From NCBI GenBank assembly GCA_012295275.1, contig CM022672.1, forward strand, positions 15,562,001-15,626,000: a stretch of DNA of 64,000 nt, written 5' to 3'. The stretch is from Chrysomallon squamiferum (Eukaryota > Animalia > Mollusca). The translations under genes and the position numbers were made by a program. Positions 27,018-41,465 of this stretch are shown here, piece after piece (the first letter of the stretch is position 1; every line of letters begins with the position of its first letter). The notes below the pieces were generated by a model. That model saw only the letters and a list, made by a program, of their open reading frames with translations. It made no database searches and was not told where the DNA came from.

Positions 27018-30000
27018 GTAAATACTTTATAATTGCTCTTATTTTCTTATCTGTTATCCCAGGTTCTAAAAAAAACCCCAAAACCCCCAAATCCCCCTAA
27101 TAACTTAAAAGAGTATTTTTCTCAAAAGACTTAAAACGTTATATAGTTATACTATTAAATTCTTCCAGTCCTCCACAGCTGAATGATGAAATAATATATA
27201 ATTCAAATAACTAAAATGAATGTTTAAAAAAAAAATCAATTTAGAAAGTCATGCATTTAGAAAACTAATAAATTCCTCCTGCAGACAAATCGGAGTCATA
27301 ATAACAATTTGTATACTTCTGCATCACTGAATGTCGACTTAATTTCAAGTTAAATAAACATCTAGATTTTTACTTTTTAACCACTGATAAATATGAAGAT
27401 ACTTATTTCCAAACTTTTGTTAATTGTTTGTCATTAATCTTACGAATAAGGTGAAATTATTTTTTATATAGATACAGACAGAGAAGTTTAAGAATAACAT
27501 AACAGCTTTGTCCTGTGACAAAATTGAAACAACCATTTTCACACAGTAAAAAAAAAAAAAAAAAATTCATCATATTTTATCTCCACCCCCAAAAAGTAAA
27601 TAAAAAAATAAATAATTTTAATCATTAATTAACCACACTTCCAAACTCGTAACTTTTTATGACCAAAAGTGATGTCATAAAACATTAATTTTTTTTTAAT
27701 TTACCCTTTCTGTTTGTTTTAAAAATGAAAAACAAATAATATGTTCAACAACCATATCATTTCTTATCTGAATTACAGTCTATTTCTTTTCTCTCACAAA
27801 TCATATTGGTGTTTCATAAAACCCCTTAATAAATGAGATAGCATTTCCTACATCAGCTCTGCATTTTTCTGATTATAGAACCTGGAATGACAGATATTCA
27901 GAGACGAAAATATGTTAACAAGATGGTTGTACAGTAAAAACTCACTAAACTGATTAATAGTACTATATGCTATATCTATATTTCTAATTAATATTTTCAC
28001 ACAAGTAAATTCCTGAAGCTCCTGTCTTCAAAGTCTCTTGAAAAATATCAGTCACTGACATACTTATTTTAAAATAATTCCTTTAACAAGAAAATATTAC
28101 TAATTTATTATTATTATTTTTTATAAAAATATGTTTATCTTTCAAAAACAAAATGTCAGTATTTGTTTAAGTTCATGTACCTATTACATGGTTTTGGAGT
28201 TTAAACAATTATTTTTGTTGTAATAACTGAAAGTGGGTTTTCAGATACACCATTCCTTGACTGTTTTCATCTCTTTCACATATTTAATTTTAAAGATTTA
28301 AAATTTTATTCATTTTGAATTTCATTTATTTATATATGTATATATGTGCATATTTGAAAGGTTTACTGTGGCACAGCAGTACTATATGTATTTACTGACC
28401 AGATAGCAAATAAGTAATAATTGTTTTTAGGAAAGCATCATAAGCTTAGGGAATCAGACTTAGATTTAAGGGTTATCAAAAAGTTCTGAATAATATATAT
28501 AATATATGTACCCAGACTAGTATGACCTCTAATTTAGACTATAATATAGTAAACACACATACATATTAATGTAATTAATAAAATACTGAAAATTACAACT
28601 AGTTTCGTAGGTCAGTGCCACAAATTCTGTTTTTAATAGTGTTTTGTAGGAAATTTTTTTTTTTCTCTCTTTTAATATTATATTATTTTTTATTTTTTTT
28701 TATTTGCTTACTTCTGTGTAATATTTGCCATCTGAAACTGTTATATAATTATCTTAGAAAATGTTAACCACTTAACATAATTTTCTCATAAATTATTAAT
28801 GTATTGGGGAGGGATTCTGTTCCTATGTGACAAATATTCAAATGCATATCAAAAAATAGGTATACAACTGAGTGATACATTTGTGTGTGTGTGTGTGTGT
28901 TCATAGCAATGTTTTTTAGGTATTTAATGGTTAACTATATCTGTTCAGTACAAAAAAAAAATGAACCAGAGCTTAGATATTACATCATTCTACAATTAAC
29001 ATTTTCTCATTTTATTTTCAATATTTAGTCTTTAGTAAGATTTAAAATATGGTTTCTGTATGTTTCTAAGTTTCCACTAGACATCCTGTTGGTGATACTT
29101 AAATATACGATTATAAATTCACTATACTGACTTACATAGCTATTACTACAGTTCTATAGTAGGAACAAATTTGAAACATAAGTACCTTTTGTGAATATTA
29201 CAATAGCATTAGCAATAACACCAGTTAAAATATTTTATATAATTGTAAATAAATTGTTAATTCATTAATTAAAGTAACTAAATACATAAAAATATATTTA
29301 AACATAAAAGAAAAAAAACAAAAAAACTTAATTAATAACAGCATGTATCTTCAATTATATTAGTTGCTGAATAGTATTTAATGTCAGTTGGAATGGGATT
29401 TTTGTTCACAGTATTTCACAATAATTGAAAACAAATAAATACAGACCAAAATCTAGTGTTTATTATCATATGGAAAGATAATTAAATATAAATATTACAA
29501 TTATGTTGTTAAATTGCATACAGTGTGAATGTGATTAGAAATGCCGTTTATGTAGTATTGGATAAAGGTCAACTTATGTGCTATGGATTTTTATATAATT
29601 TATTATGATTCAGTTACATATCTTCTTATTGCACATAAAGAATTTTAAATTAATTAATTTAATTGTATTTGTTAATTATAACGTACTTCAGTAATGTTTT
29701 TCAAACAACAAAATGGTTGGATATAACTGTTACATAATGATCCAGCAAATGATATTGTTATTTTGAAATACTATAATTAAGTGTTATGACGAATACTTCA
29801 TCACTTAAATAATGAAGATGAATAATATGCTAATGTCAGCTTATTTTTATATAATAAACATTTCATTTGTCTTGTAAATATATATTTAGAAATGATTACA
29901 GAATTTAATGGATAGCAGAATTGTGTGATATGTGTTTTAATTGTGTAGTTATCTCTGAAATGTTTTCCCAGGCGTGCACAAATTCCTTTAAAGATTGTTT

Positions 30001-33000
30001 TGTTTCTGCATCAGTCATCCATTTTGTCTGGCATGACCTATTTACCATTCATGTAAAATGTACTGAATGATTAGTCCTATGTTTACCAACATATTTTTAT
30101 TAACAGTACAAACATTCTTTCCAGTGCAATGCTTTTTTGTTGCACATAACATATGCAGTCAAATTAATATAAATTTTGCAAAGTAGGTGCATTCCCATTG
30201 GTTTTTAGAAGGCATCATAGCCAAATTTAACCAATCAAAAATCAGCAAAGCTATATAAGTTTAATTTAAAAAACCAGAGGAATCCTATATACAGGTAAAG
30301 AACATATGACAGTCCCTTACCATCGCAAACTGGACAGGTATCCGGTGTTGCTGAAAAAAAAAGAGTTAGCAGGAACAGTAGCTCTGGTGCTCATGCACAT
30401 ATTTTATTGTTCTGCAAGTTCCACGAAATACCAGAATGTGTTACAATCATGAAGAAAGCCTCCCACTAAATCATTTTGTTAAATGAAAGTATTGCTTTAC
30501 TTTAAATATTTGTCACATCACTTAATATTTTATGTGTTACAATAATTTGGCAGAGACTCAGATACTCATATTTACTAACTACACAAATAAGCTGACAATT
30601 TTGAATTTACCTAATTAAATTCTCCAAATAATTTATAGCTTTCATATTCTTATGGGCATAATATTTCTGTTTTGATAAAACTTTATTTGTCTTGAATGTA
30701 TTTGGACCTAACTACTTCACTGTGTTGATTTAACACATTAAGTTTAATTTAATCTGCTAATAACAGTGGATTTGTGTGTAACTCATCTGTTTGTAAGGAT
30801 CAGTAATGAAAAGTACATTATAAAGAAAGTGATAAATGTTTAGCACATATTTCTAGCTGTATCAAATAATACTAATTCAAGTTGAATTGAGTCTGTTTTG
30901 TCAAAGTGATATACTCTGGAAAAAAATGGAGACAATATCTGCCAGTTTATTTGCTACCCACACCTAGAGACATGTTAGGTTTGTTTTGTGAAATTTTCTA
31001 ATGTTACATTCTGTGTTTAGAAATGTTCTACACCATTTATTACTTTATTTTGTTACTGTTTTAGACCTGCTCAGAAAAACTGTAAACTGTTGGTGTGCTG
31101 ACTGTTTTTGTTACCGATGCAACAAGTTCAATCTTTCTAACCATGTTCATGTCATTGCTGGCAATGGCTTATATCAAAAGTTGTGTCCAAAAATGTCTTT
31201 TTCATGCCTTCAAATCAGTTTTGGAAAAAAAATGGCTGAAAATAAAACCAATATTCATGGGATAAAATGAAAGATCATTCAATTAACTTTCAAACAATAT
31301 GTGACACTATGGTGTGTTTTAAAGTAGCACATGCTTAGCAAAATTCCCATTAACTGATTAAGTTAAGTTTTCTACAGACCGAAATCACTGTAGATTTTAT
31401 GTACAATTAGAAAGGTCTGGCACTGTTTAAAATGATTATATTTGTATGTTTATATTTTTAATAACTTGTTGGCTGTTTTTCTTCTAGGTTCCTACCTTTA
31501 GCATATCCATTATAGCTCATGCTTAGCAAAATCGCTGTAAATTGTTTCGTACCTAGTCAAATTGCCGTAGATGGCAACTAAAAATAACTGGCTTTATTTG
31601 AAATGATTATATTTCTATATTGATTATATTGTTAATAACTTGTAAGATGCATGTTTTATTATATGTTATGGCTTTTACTGAATATAATATGAATATGTTC
31701 TGAAATAAATGAATTAACATTATTTAGCCAATAGTATCTTCCGTTTAAAACAGTTGATTATTTTGCTTTCAAAATTCTTGCAATAAACAGAGAATCACGA
31801 ATCCTAAACTAACAAATTATACTACATAACAGAACAATGTATTCAGAGGTATTGATGGAATGCTGAATAAAAATCTAAACATTTTTTTTTAAATAAAAAA
31901 TCATAAATTGATCATTTTTAAAACATCATTTTTGCTTGTGAATAAGCTCTATCAGAGAAAATTTCAACAATTGTCAGATAATACATAACTTTTGTTTGCT
32001 GTCAAACTACAGCAAGTACAAAGCTAAGAAAATTCTGTTATGTCTGCTTCAAATGACAGACCTATAACACCTGCGTGTTTAATTGCATCTAGCCTCATGA
32101 TTACATACATTTTATTGCCCTTAATTAATACCTGCAACACCTTTCTGGAGTAGACTACAAGGATTAGCTGAGTTTATGTATTGTAGAGGATTATAGTTAA
32201 ACATCAAATACTTGTATTCCTTTTAAGTAACAAATATATATGTGTGTTATATACACATCACATTAACTTTTTACTACTAATTATTTAATAGAGAAAATTC
32301 AAGCTGCTTATGTAAACAAAGTTGTGCTGTTCTATATAAATTGAAAAGGTAATTTTTTATATGGTCTTTATTAAAAATGTTAGATTCAAGTATGTCATTT
32401 GAAAAATCTTGTTAAATTGTTCGTAACACAGATTGAATTTTTCAAATAAAACCAAAACTTACACCACAGTGTCTGTTTGCACTTTTAACCATTTTGGCAT
32501 GTTTAGCATGATACTGTGAACACACATACAAACATACAGGTCTGAAAAAAATTGAGCTCATTTAGAAAGTTGGTCCCATCAGTCTTGTCTTTTGTGTCAG
32601 TTACTTTTCAAACTATAGTTGGCCAAAGTTGTCAGTTACTTTTCAAACTACAGTTGGCCAAAGTAAGGCTGAAAACCGACCAAATACCTGTCATACTGAT
32701 TTGCATATATCTTTTATTTCTTTTTGCTACAGTTTTCGTTATGTGCATATTATGTGAAATTAAAGTTAGAAAAAATTTGCCTTTCGGTACCTATTAAATA
32801 ATATCTATGGTTTAAGAATTTGCTAGAGTAAATGATATAAGTAATGTGTACAGATTTTGTTCTGTTCTCATACTGGATAAAAATATTATGTTTCTTTACA
32901 TTCATTTTCATTTAAAGAATGTGCAAGTTATTAAAAAGAAGGGAAAAAATAATAAATATAAATGTTTATGCACACACATTTAAATAATTTAATTTTTATT

Positions 33001-33738
33001 CCTCCTGGAGTTTCATCTAACATTAAAACTGACAAAGGCTTAAATTTGTGTATTAAATGTATTATTAGTATTTCAATATATTTTGTTGAAGGAAATAATG
33101 AGGATGTTAGAGTGATTTTAGTATAGTTTATAATAATTTTATTAGTAAAATAAATGCAAGCTTACGTCAGCTTTTGAGAAAAACTAAATATTTTCTGTTG
33201 AAATAGACATATTTCTTAAATATTAAGTTACTTTCTTGCACGAAAATACTGATTTGTTTCAAAACAAGTAAATATGCAGCGAGCATTGGCTTAATTGAAT
33301 TTACTATATGTAAACAGATTTCTGAAAACAGTTCTCTGTTCTGTTTTTATGTGAACATGACTCTTTCTGATATTTTTCTGAATATACCTCTTTTGCAATT
33401 TAAAATTTTAATCCAAAATATATGAACAGATTTATATCTCAAAATAATTATCACCAAAATTAAACACTGACCTGGTATGAACAAAATGCAAAAACTAACA
33501 AGCAAAAAATGTTAACAGATAACTGAAAACAGTAAATAAATATGTATTGTGATAAATATTTTACCAGTGGTTAAAAAATGCATTCCACATCCCTTACTGT
33601 TATTAGTAACTGCTGTAAAAATGAAACGGTGGACATTAATGCTTACATAATAATGACGCAAGTATACATTATATTTGTAATTATGCTAAGATCTTTGTTT
33701 GAGTGTATTGTTGAGACTGCTTCCTCTGGTTTCTGCAG

Positions 33739-34032
33739 ACTCCATCGAACTTCATCCATCGTTATGCCAAGCGGCCTTCTCTTGCCATGCAGAATGCTTT
33801 TATTGCTGTCCAAGAGGGCCTCCTAACTGTATCAGCAGCAGCTCGAGTGTTCAACGTCACCCAGCAAGCCCTGCACCACAGAGTGAAAAAGGGTGGTTTG
33901 TTGACAACAGTAAAGCGTGGTTATCAACATGCTTTAACAGGCGAAAAGAAACTGCGACTGGAACAGTTACTAGCTGACTGTAGTCAAGAAGAAACTTTTG
34001 AAGACATTCAGTTAATAAAAACTAATTTTTAA
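33739..34032 (+). CDS. Variable terminal exon V1, pipsqueak-type HTH
   Basis: Acceptor CTTCCTCTGGTTTCTGCAG, phase 0; TPSNFIHRYAKRPSLAMQNAFIAVQEGLLTVSAAARVFNVTQQALHHRVKK... with its own stop. Confidence 0.88.
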   Translation, partial: TPSNFIHRYAKRPSLAMQNAFIAVQEGLLTVSAAARVFNVTQQALHHRVKKGGLLTTVKRGYQHALTGEKKLRLEQLLADCSQEETFEDIQLIKTNF

Positions 34033-34950
34033 AAATGTATGGCTACAGAAACTATAATTTAGGCATAATTTGTGCATGGGATTTTGTTCAAAGTGTTTAA
34101 TGGCAAATTTATGTATTTAAGCACAGATTCGTAGGAATTATGAAGTTTAAATGAAGTAACATTATAAGGACACACACACACACACACACACACACATGCA
34201 CATACAAATATCAACACAAATGCATTCATATACATCCTACAAACACAAACACAAATACTTAAAACTGTATTTTGAAACCTTTTTGTTTACATTTTTTTAT
34301 ATATCTGTATTTGTGGGGGAAAAACTTGAAACAAAAAACCCACCAGACTTATATACTTGACTCTTCAAGAATAAATGACTGACAAATAGTTGTAATATGC
34401 AAAAGCACACTAGAGATGAACAGATACATTATAAATGGAAAGTTAAAGGTTTAACATTTAACATACATTTATGGTGATTTGATCTGTGGTAGATAAAATT
34501 TCAAACATATTACATTTTATAAAAGGTTAAAATAATATCAAGTCAATTGTAATGTTTATTTCCTAGATACGGAAAATCCAAATGCATTTATCATTTTTAT
34601 TTTTATTTTTATTTTTAATGTATAAAATGAGACCTTTTTGAATCTTTATTTGTTTTCAACTGATCTGCCAAAATAGCTTTATTATAAGATTATTAAAAAG
34701 ATATCAAGTTATCCTTTTATTATGTTACATTTGTTTTTTTTAAAAAGCCCAAAATGCGGCAATACTTTTTTCTTTTTCACATTAATGAATTGCAAATCAT
34801 GCATGTCTGTGGGATATTTGGAAACTTTGCCTGAATCTCTAAAACAGTTGAAAATTGTTTATAAAATGTTTTTCATTCATTTAAAAAAAAAAATGCATAT
34901 GGATAAAAAAAATTATCTGTTGCTTAGAGTACTTCCTCTGGTTTCTTCAG

Positions 34951-35199
34951 AATAAAACATCCTTTCGAAGTCTGTCAAAGAAAATCAACCTAGCTTTCAC
35001 AGCTGTAGAGGAAGGGCTTGTAACTGTTGGTGCAGCAGCAAGGTTGTTTGGAGTATCTAAACAGGCACTGTACTATCATGTCAAGGTTCGCAGAATACAG
35101 AATATTGTCAAACATGGATACCAAGAAGGTCTTGAAGACTGGGAAAAAAAACGAATCGATGAACTTTTAGCAGCATGCAATAATGATCCAGAAAAATGA
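34951..35199 (+). CDS. Variable terminal exon V2, pipsqueak-type HTH (absent from ORF track)
   Basis: Acceptor CTTCCTCTGGTTTCTTCAG, phase 0; NKTSFRSLSKKINLAFTAVEEGLVTVGAAARLFGVSKQALYYHVKVRRIQNIVKHGYQEGLEDWEKKRIDELLAACNNDPEK*. Contains no Met, so it must be spliced to an upstream exon. Confidence 0.88.
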   Translation, partial: NKTSFRSLSKKINLAFTAVEEGLVTVGAAARLFGVSKQALYYHVKVRRIQNIVKHGYQEGLEDWEKKRIDELLAACNNDPEK

Positions 35200-35392
35200 A
35201 ACAAAATCGAAACTGTTCAATACATTTAGGTTTGATTTCAGTATACTTGGTGTTGGCAAACAGGCAGATTTAGATACTTTAACTAATATTTTTGGATTGA
35301 CCATAAAAACATTAACGTATGTTATTCTTAATAAATGAAGCACAATTTATCTAGCATTAGACAAGTACATGGATTAATGGTCTTAGCAGTTG

Positions 35393-35458
<66 letters not shown>

Positions 35459-36218
35459 CATAATTTAGAAATATTTTGATACATGTCTAGCTGTATTTGT
35501 CTCTTACAGATTATTACATATCAGTATATATTGTATTAACTTGTATATATTACAAATATTATTATCATTGGTATAATTGATATTTGCCACATATTTAGTT
35601 ACTGCTCATGTTTTATTAAATCAAGTACTTGTTTAAACATTTTAATATTGTTGAAATATTCCTGAAAGATGTTAGGTTTTTCTTTTACAAAGTTTCAGTA
35701 CCCCACACATTTGACATTTGCTTTGGAGTTTAAAAGTTTGTTACTTATAAGACTTTGGTAGTTTGTTAGTTCAAAAATTTTCATGTGCTGTTATAATTGG
35801 CTTCATTATTTGATTTTAATGTTATATATATATATCTTATTTATTTATTTATTTTTTTAAATAGTTTTTGAAGTCTAGTTTCTTATTAAGTTCCACTCTA
35901 TGGTGAGGAGTTTATCACAGAAAGATTTCTCGTTAATTGATTGTTGTGTGTACGTACATAAATTTGTTGTTTCATTACATGAGTATACTACTGGTTATGA
36001 TAATGATAAAGTTTAAACTAAAATATATGATCCCTTTAAAATTTTATTTTTGTTATTATTTTTGTTAATTATTTTTATTATCTTGTTATTATTATTATAA
36101 TTATTGTATATAATAAAAAAAACAAAATTGTTAAAGACATTTTATACATTTACAAGAAAAACTGTCGACTTTGTTAATGTTGGATGTTTCTATGACACCC
36201 TTCCTCTGGTTTCTGCAG

Positions 36219-36464
36219 AATATTGCGAGGTCTTGCAGTCGGAGAACTCTTGCCATGCAGAGTGCGCTTACTGCAGTTGAGGAAGGCCTTCTGACTGTCA
36301 GTTCTGCAGCCAGGGTGTTTGGATTAACACAGAGCGCAGTGTATTACAAAGTCAAGCATCATGGTTTGTTACCATTAGTGAGACGTGGAATACAACCTGC
36401 TTTAGTAGGACGGATGAAATTGAGAATTGAAGAATTATTGGCAGTCTGCAACAAAGAATCTTAA
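36219..36464 (+). CDS. Variable terminal exon V3, pipsqueak-type HTH
   Basis: Same acceptor motif, phase 0; NIARSCSRRTLAMQSALTAVEEGLLTVSSAARVFGLTQSAVYYKVKH... Confidence 0.88.
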   Translation, partial: NIARSCSRRTLAMQSALTAVEEGLLTVSSAARVFGLTQSAVYYKVKHHGLLPLVRRGIQPALVGRMKLRIEELLAVCNKES

Positions 36465-38133
36465 TACTTTTGTAATTATTTGAAAACATTATTTTATAAA
36501 GATTATTCAAGTCTGTATGATTATTATTATGATTATTATTATTTATTTTTTTAAATGTTTGTTTATAATTTACAAGATCTCTGTTGTGAAAAAAAAAGTA
36601 TAATTTCTCTAGTTTCTCACATAAAATCTGATCTTTATGCACCTTCAAACTTAGTAACATAAATTTTATAACAGCATCTAAGAGGTCTATAAAAACTAGT
36701 TGCATTATTTCTTTGGAAAGTTCAATAATTTTTTTGAATATATATTTTCTTTTAATAGATAGGCTGGTGATTTCTATAATGTGAATCATCCATTTTTGCA
36801 GTTTATAATTCCTTTATAATATTACTCTCTTTTGAAAATAAGAATCAAAAAAATTATTTAATATTTTTATAGAATATAGAAATAAAGATTTGAACATAAA
36901 ATGTAGCTCTAACTGTTTAACACAGAGGATCAAAGTTATAATTTTCTTCTGTGTTCAGAGGAATAAAATACTGAAGAGAAATGTAGCCTTACTTATAGTA
37001 TTATATTTTATTTAATACATCAACATTTATACACACAGCATATATAGTTACATTTTGTAGCTGTTATATACAATAGTGTTAATAGGTTTCAAAGCAACTG
37101 TACTACAAAATGAAAATCAGTATGTTGGATCATAGAAAGTTACAGAGCTGTTTAAATTAAAATAATTAAATATGTCACAACTGAATTCAAAAGTTCTCAT
37201 ATGGAAAAAAATTTGTAGCTAAATTGCAAAAGTAAGAGCTTAGTTCACTGTGTTTTTGTGTATGAAACCAGCAATTTAAAGTGAGTAATATCAATACTGA
37301 TATTTTCACTAAATATTAATGATACACATTTTCACCACTTGATTATATTTGACATTTCCAGTTCATACCATTCTTTTTATTATTATTATTATTATTATTT
37401 TTGTTACTTTCATTGTTTGAATTTATTTCACATTGTGTTCATCAGAATAATAAATTGTTACTGATAGTTATGTAATACAAATGTAGAAAAAACAATAAAT
37501 ATTTCATATGATGTTAATCACTTTGTTGTGAATGGTTATTTTGAGCAGTACTGTTTTAGTGAGGTTTTACAGCATAGAATAATAATTTAAACTTCAAACC
37601 AGACTGTAAACAGTTCAGATCCAAATTTACATTGGTGTCATTATTTCACTGGTCTCATATAGTATTGCATGCATACACTTTAGTTTTGTATTTTCTTGTT
37701 AAATCTAAACGTTTACACTGATGCAGATATTTTATCTATAAACATAATAAGAAAAGCATCATCATCTATGTTATGGAGAAAAGTATGTCATATTGAATGC
37801 AGATTGTGTATGTGGAAAACAAGTAAAAAAAAAAGAAGGCATTTATATAATGTAGCAGATACATTCATACTGATGCATTACATTTGTAAATAAGATGGCA
37901 CGCATACCATATAGTAGGCAGAACATTTTATACATTTAAAAATCTCAGTAATCTAAAAAATCTTCTGTTTAATGTACAAACTATTGAATGCAGAAATCGT
38001 AAATTAGAAAATATAATAATATAAATAACCCTGCATAACATACTCCAGTCCCTGCCAAAGAATCCCATCTATCTAATGTAGCAGATTACATCATACTGAA
38101 TGATGCTCAGATCACTTCCTCTGGTTTCTTCAG

Positions 38134-38400
38134 GACTTACCACTCAAATACATCAGCCAGAGGACACTTGCCATGCAGAATGCCATTACTGCTGTTAAGG
38201 AACATTTGCTCACTGTAACATCAGCTGCAAGACTGTTTGGTGTGTCCCAGTCAGGCCTGTACTACCATATCAAGAATAAAGGTCTGCTGATGACTGCTCC
38301 AAGAGGAACCCAACATACACTGACAAATGACATGAAGAAGAGAGTAGAAGAACTTCTTGAACAATGTCAACTTGGATTTAATTCTAATTTTGTCCATTGA
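38134..38400 (+). CDS. Variable terminal exon V4, pipsqueak-type HTH
   Basis: Acceptor CTTCCTCTGGTTTCTTCAG, phase 0; DLPLKYISQRTLAMQNAITAVKEHLLTVTSAARLFGVSQSGLYYHIK... Confidence 0.88.
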   Translation, partial: DLPLKYISQRTLAMQNAITAVKEHLLTVTSAARLFGVSQSGLYYHIKNKGLLMTAPRGTQHTLTNDMKKRVEELLEQCQLGFNSNFVH

Positions 38401-39346
38401 TGTATATACTGTAGTTTGTCTTTAGGTAGCCTTGTTGATTTTAGAAATAATGTAATATTAACTTGACTGTAAAGAGTTGCATATTGTAAGAACAGTGTTT
38501 TAAATTGATAACATATACCCTCTGCATTATAACAATGCTGAAACAGTTATATGTACAATATGTAGAATAGTAAAAAGTGTTTTATTTAAATTACAATTTA
38601 GTGCAATTTACTTTCATATAGCTCAAGTTTAAAATATAAAAATATATCAGTGATATGATGCATGGGGGTGCAATGTCACAGATTGTAGATGAATCATGTT
38701 AAAATAAGAGTAATTTTAGCATATATATTCTTTAATTAAGATTTTGACAGGTTACACGAAAACACAAAGAACATGTTTTATTGACTGATTTCAGCAAACA
38801 ACATGTATAGACATGAAAGTCAAGATATATTAAAAACTATTGATGGCAAAAAAAAAAAAAAAAAATCAATGCAATGGTCTGTATTAACACGCTGTAACTC
38901 AAAACTAAATTGCATGACATCCAACTGTTTATCCTATGCTTCCCCACAATTTTTGACCTGATTTATATAAATAGATATTTTAATATTTATTGTAAATTCA
39001 TTTTTATATATATGTTAATAATATATGTTTTAACAGATGGAATCATAGTATTCATAAACTACTCACATAAAAACTCACATCATTATGAAATATTCCAAAC
39101 TATGCGAGCATTTTATTATTTTTTTCATTTTATATGGACGTTTATAATTTTTTGGTTTCTATGAGGGTATTTAATAATTTCTTTGATTTCATATGGACAC
39201 TTTATCTTTTCTTGATTTTATAAGGACATTGTATCTTTTCTTTGATTTTAAAAGGGCATTAATTGTATTGATTTTATAAGGGCATTTTATAATAATCTTT
39301 GTAACTCATTGCCTGGAACTCAGACACCTTCCTCTGGTTTCTGCAG

Positions 39347-39613
39347 AATTGTTTGACAGAAGATCTTTGGTGTCGGCGTCGAAACAGGTACCCACCGGTT
39401 GCTATACAGAATGCTGTGGTTGCTGTTGAGGAGAGAATACTGACTGTTAGTAGTGCTGCAAGGATGTTTGGTGTACCACAGCAGACTCTGCATCACAGAG
39501 TGAAGACATCAGTCACAACGCCAGTGTTGACGGGCCTACAGCCCACGCTGTCAGAAGAAGAAAAATTAAGGCTTTCAGAATTGCTTTCATGGTCAAAAGA
39601 AGGATTGTCCTGA
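39347..39613 (+). CDS. Variable terminal exon V5, pipsqueak-type HTH
   Basis: Same acceptor motif, phase 0; NCLTEDLWCRRRNRYPPVAIQNAVVAVEERILTVSSAARMFGVPQQTLHHRVK... Confidence 0.9.
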   Translation, partial: NCLTEDLWCRRRNRYPPVAIQNAVVAVEERILTVSSAARMFGVPQQTLHHRVKTSVTTPVLTGLQPTLSEEEKLRLSELLSWSKEGLS

Positions 39614-39929
39614 AATGTTTGGTCAAGAATTATCTGGAACCTATTCACTGCAAACTATCTATTTTACCTAAAAAAAATAATGATAATGCTATTCAAAATA
39701 ATGAAAACAAGTGGAATATTTTGATGTAAAATAATCATCTATATTTACTGTATTTATTTTATTTTATTTTATTTTATTTTATTGTTAGTTTAAAAAAACT
39801 TAAACAACGGTTCATTGAAAAACCTTACAAAATTTGTTCACAGTGGTTTGATGGCCAATGGTGTCATTTGATATTTATAATTGTTTTTATTTATTTATTT
39901 TCTTTTATTACTATTACTATTCTAACTAT

Positions 39930-39981
<52 letters not shown>

Positions 39982-40538
39982 TTTAATATAAACTGATTGT
40001 AGTGCTTTTAGTGTTTGTCAGACTTAACCTGTCACTTGCAAAATGTGTGACTTCAATACCACTTTGGTTAAAACTTATTTTAATTTGCTTTTAAATGTAT
40101 AAATCAAGTCTGATATAATAGTTAATCATGACAACATTTAATCTTCTAAGATGTATTGATATCACATATCTACACAGCATATCACGTGAATAGTCAAAAG
40201 AAAAATAATTTCTTTGAAGATGTTAAAAAGCCACATACTGTACCTGTTAAAACATTTTGTTGGGTGGGCTTTTTTTTTTTTTTTCAAAAATTTGTGATGT
40301 GACAGAATATTGTATTTAAAATCTTATTTATTTTAATTATTAGAAGAAAGATAGTGCACAATGGAACATGTTTTTTTTTTGTGTGTATGTTTGTTTTTGT
40401 TTTCTTTGTTATTTTCAAATTATTTATCTGAAGAAAAAAAAATAATAATAATTAGTATATTTTTTAATTTTTAAAATGTTTTTTTAAATATTGTTATGAG
40501 TTTTGTGGGACTCAGACTCCTTCCTCTGATTTCTGCAG

Positions 40539-40799
40539 AATCCTTCAGTGGACCTGTTTCGCAATCGTCGCTATCCAGCTATTGCTCTGCGGAATGCCTT
40601 AATTGCTGTCCAGGAGAAAATATTGACTGTTAGCAGAGCTGCCCAAATGTTTGGAGTGCCACAGAAAACATTGTACCGTCAAGTAAAACGACTGATTACA
40701 AACCCTGTGCTCACAGGCATACAGCCTCCTCTCACAAACAAAGAAAAGTCACGACTCTCCCAACTACTTTCATGGACAAATGATCAAGTCAATTCTTGA
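40539..40799 (+). CDS. Variable terminal exon V6, pipsqueak-type HTH
   Basis: Acceptor CTTCCTCTGATTTCTGCAG, phase 0; NPSVDLFRNRRYPAIALRNALIAVQEKILTVSRAAQMFGVPQKTLYRQVK... Confidence 0.9.
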   Translation, partial: NPSVDLFRNRRYPAIALRNALIAVQEKILTVSRAAQMFGVPQKTLYRQVKRLITNPVLTGIQPPLTNKEKSRLSQLLSWTNDQVNS

Positions 40800-41390
40800 C
40801 CTGAAAAATAACATTTTAACTTTTAAAAAAATTATTATTGTTGTTTCATTCTACATTCATATATATCAAAAGGGTCTGTTTTCTTATTCTCATTTTTAGT
40901 ATATAATTTATTAATTATTACATCTGTTTCAGTTTCAGTATGTAAATTACATTTAATTTTAAATCATTTTACATTCAGATAGTGAAAACATGTGTTTCCT
41001 TTTTGGTAATATCTTTAATTTTTAAAAAGTTATGAATTCACAAATAATTTGTAACTCATATTGTCTCTGTTAATTACATTTGTTCCATAAGGAGATATTT
41101 TGTGGATGTAATACTATTAAAAGAGTTCTGATAGAAACAGCTGAAGACTTCATTTGATGCATTTAGATAGTCAACCATTGATGTTGAATATTTGTGCTGT
41201 TATATTAATAATAACAGTGATTAATAAGAAATTGTTATCATAATAATTTGTATTTGCATTGAATACAGAATGTTATATAGTCTAGTTGTGAAATTGTCAT
41301 TTAATTTAAATTATATATTTACTGACAGTTATTTATAATAAAATTTAGATATATCCTTGTGTTCCATTGTTTGAATTTTGTCTGTAATTT

Positions 41391-41404
41391 ATTATTATTA
41401 TTAC

Positions 41405-41464
<60 letters not shown>
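41391..41464. repeat. (ATT)n microsatellite
   Basis: Direct reading. Confidence 0.95.

Positions 41465-41465
<1 letters not shown>

Noticed and set aside
31001-31270. Cys-rich + strand ORF (CWCADCFCYRC) as another variable exon
   Set aside because: No recognisable zinc-binding spacing and no convincing phase-0 acceptor.
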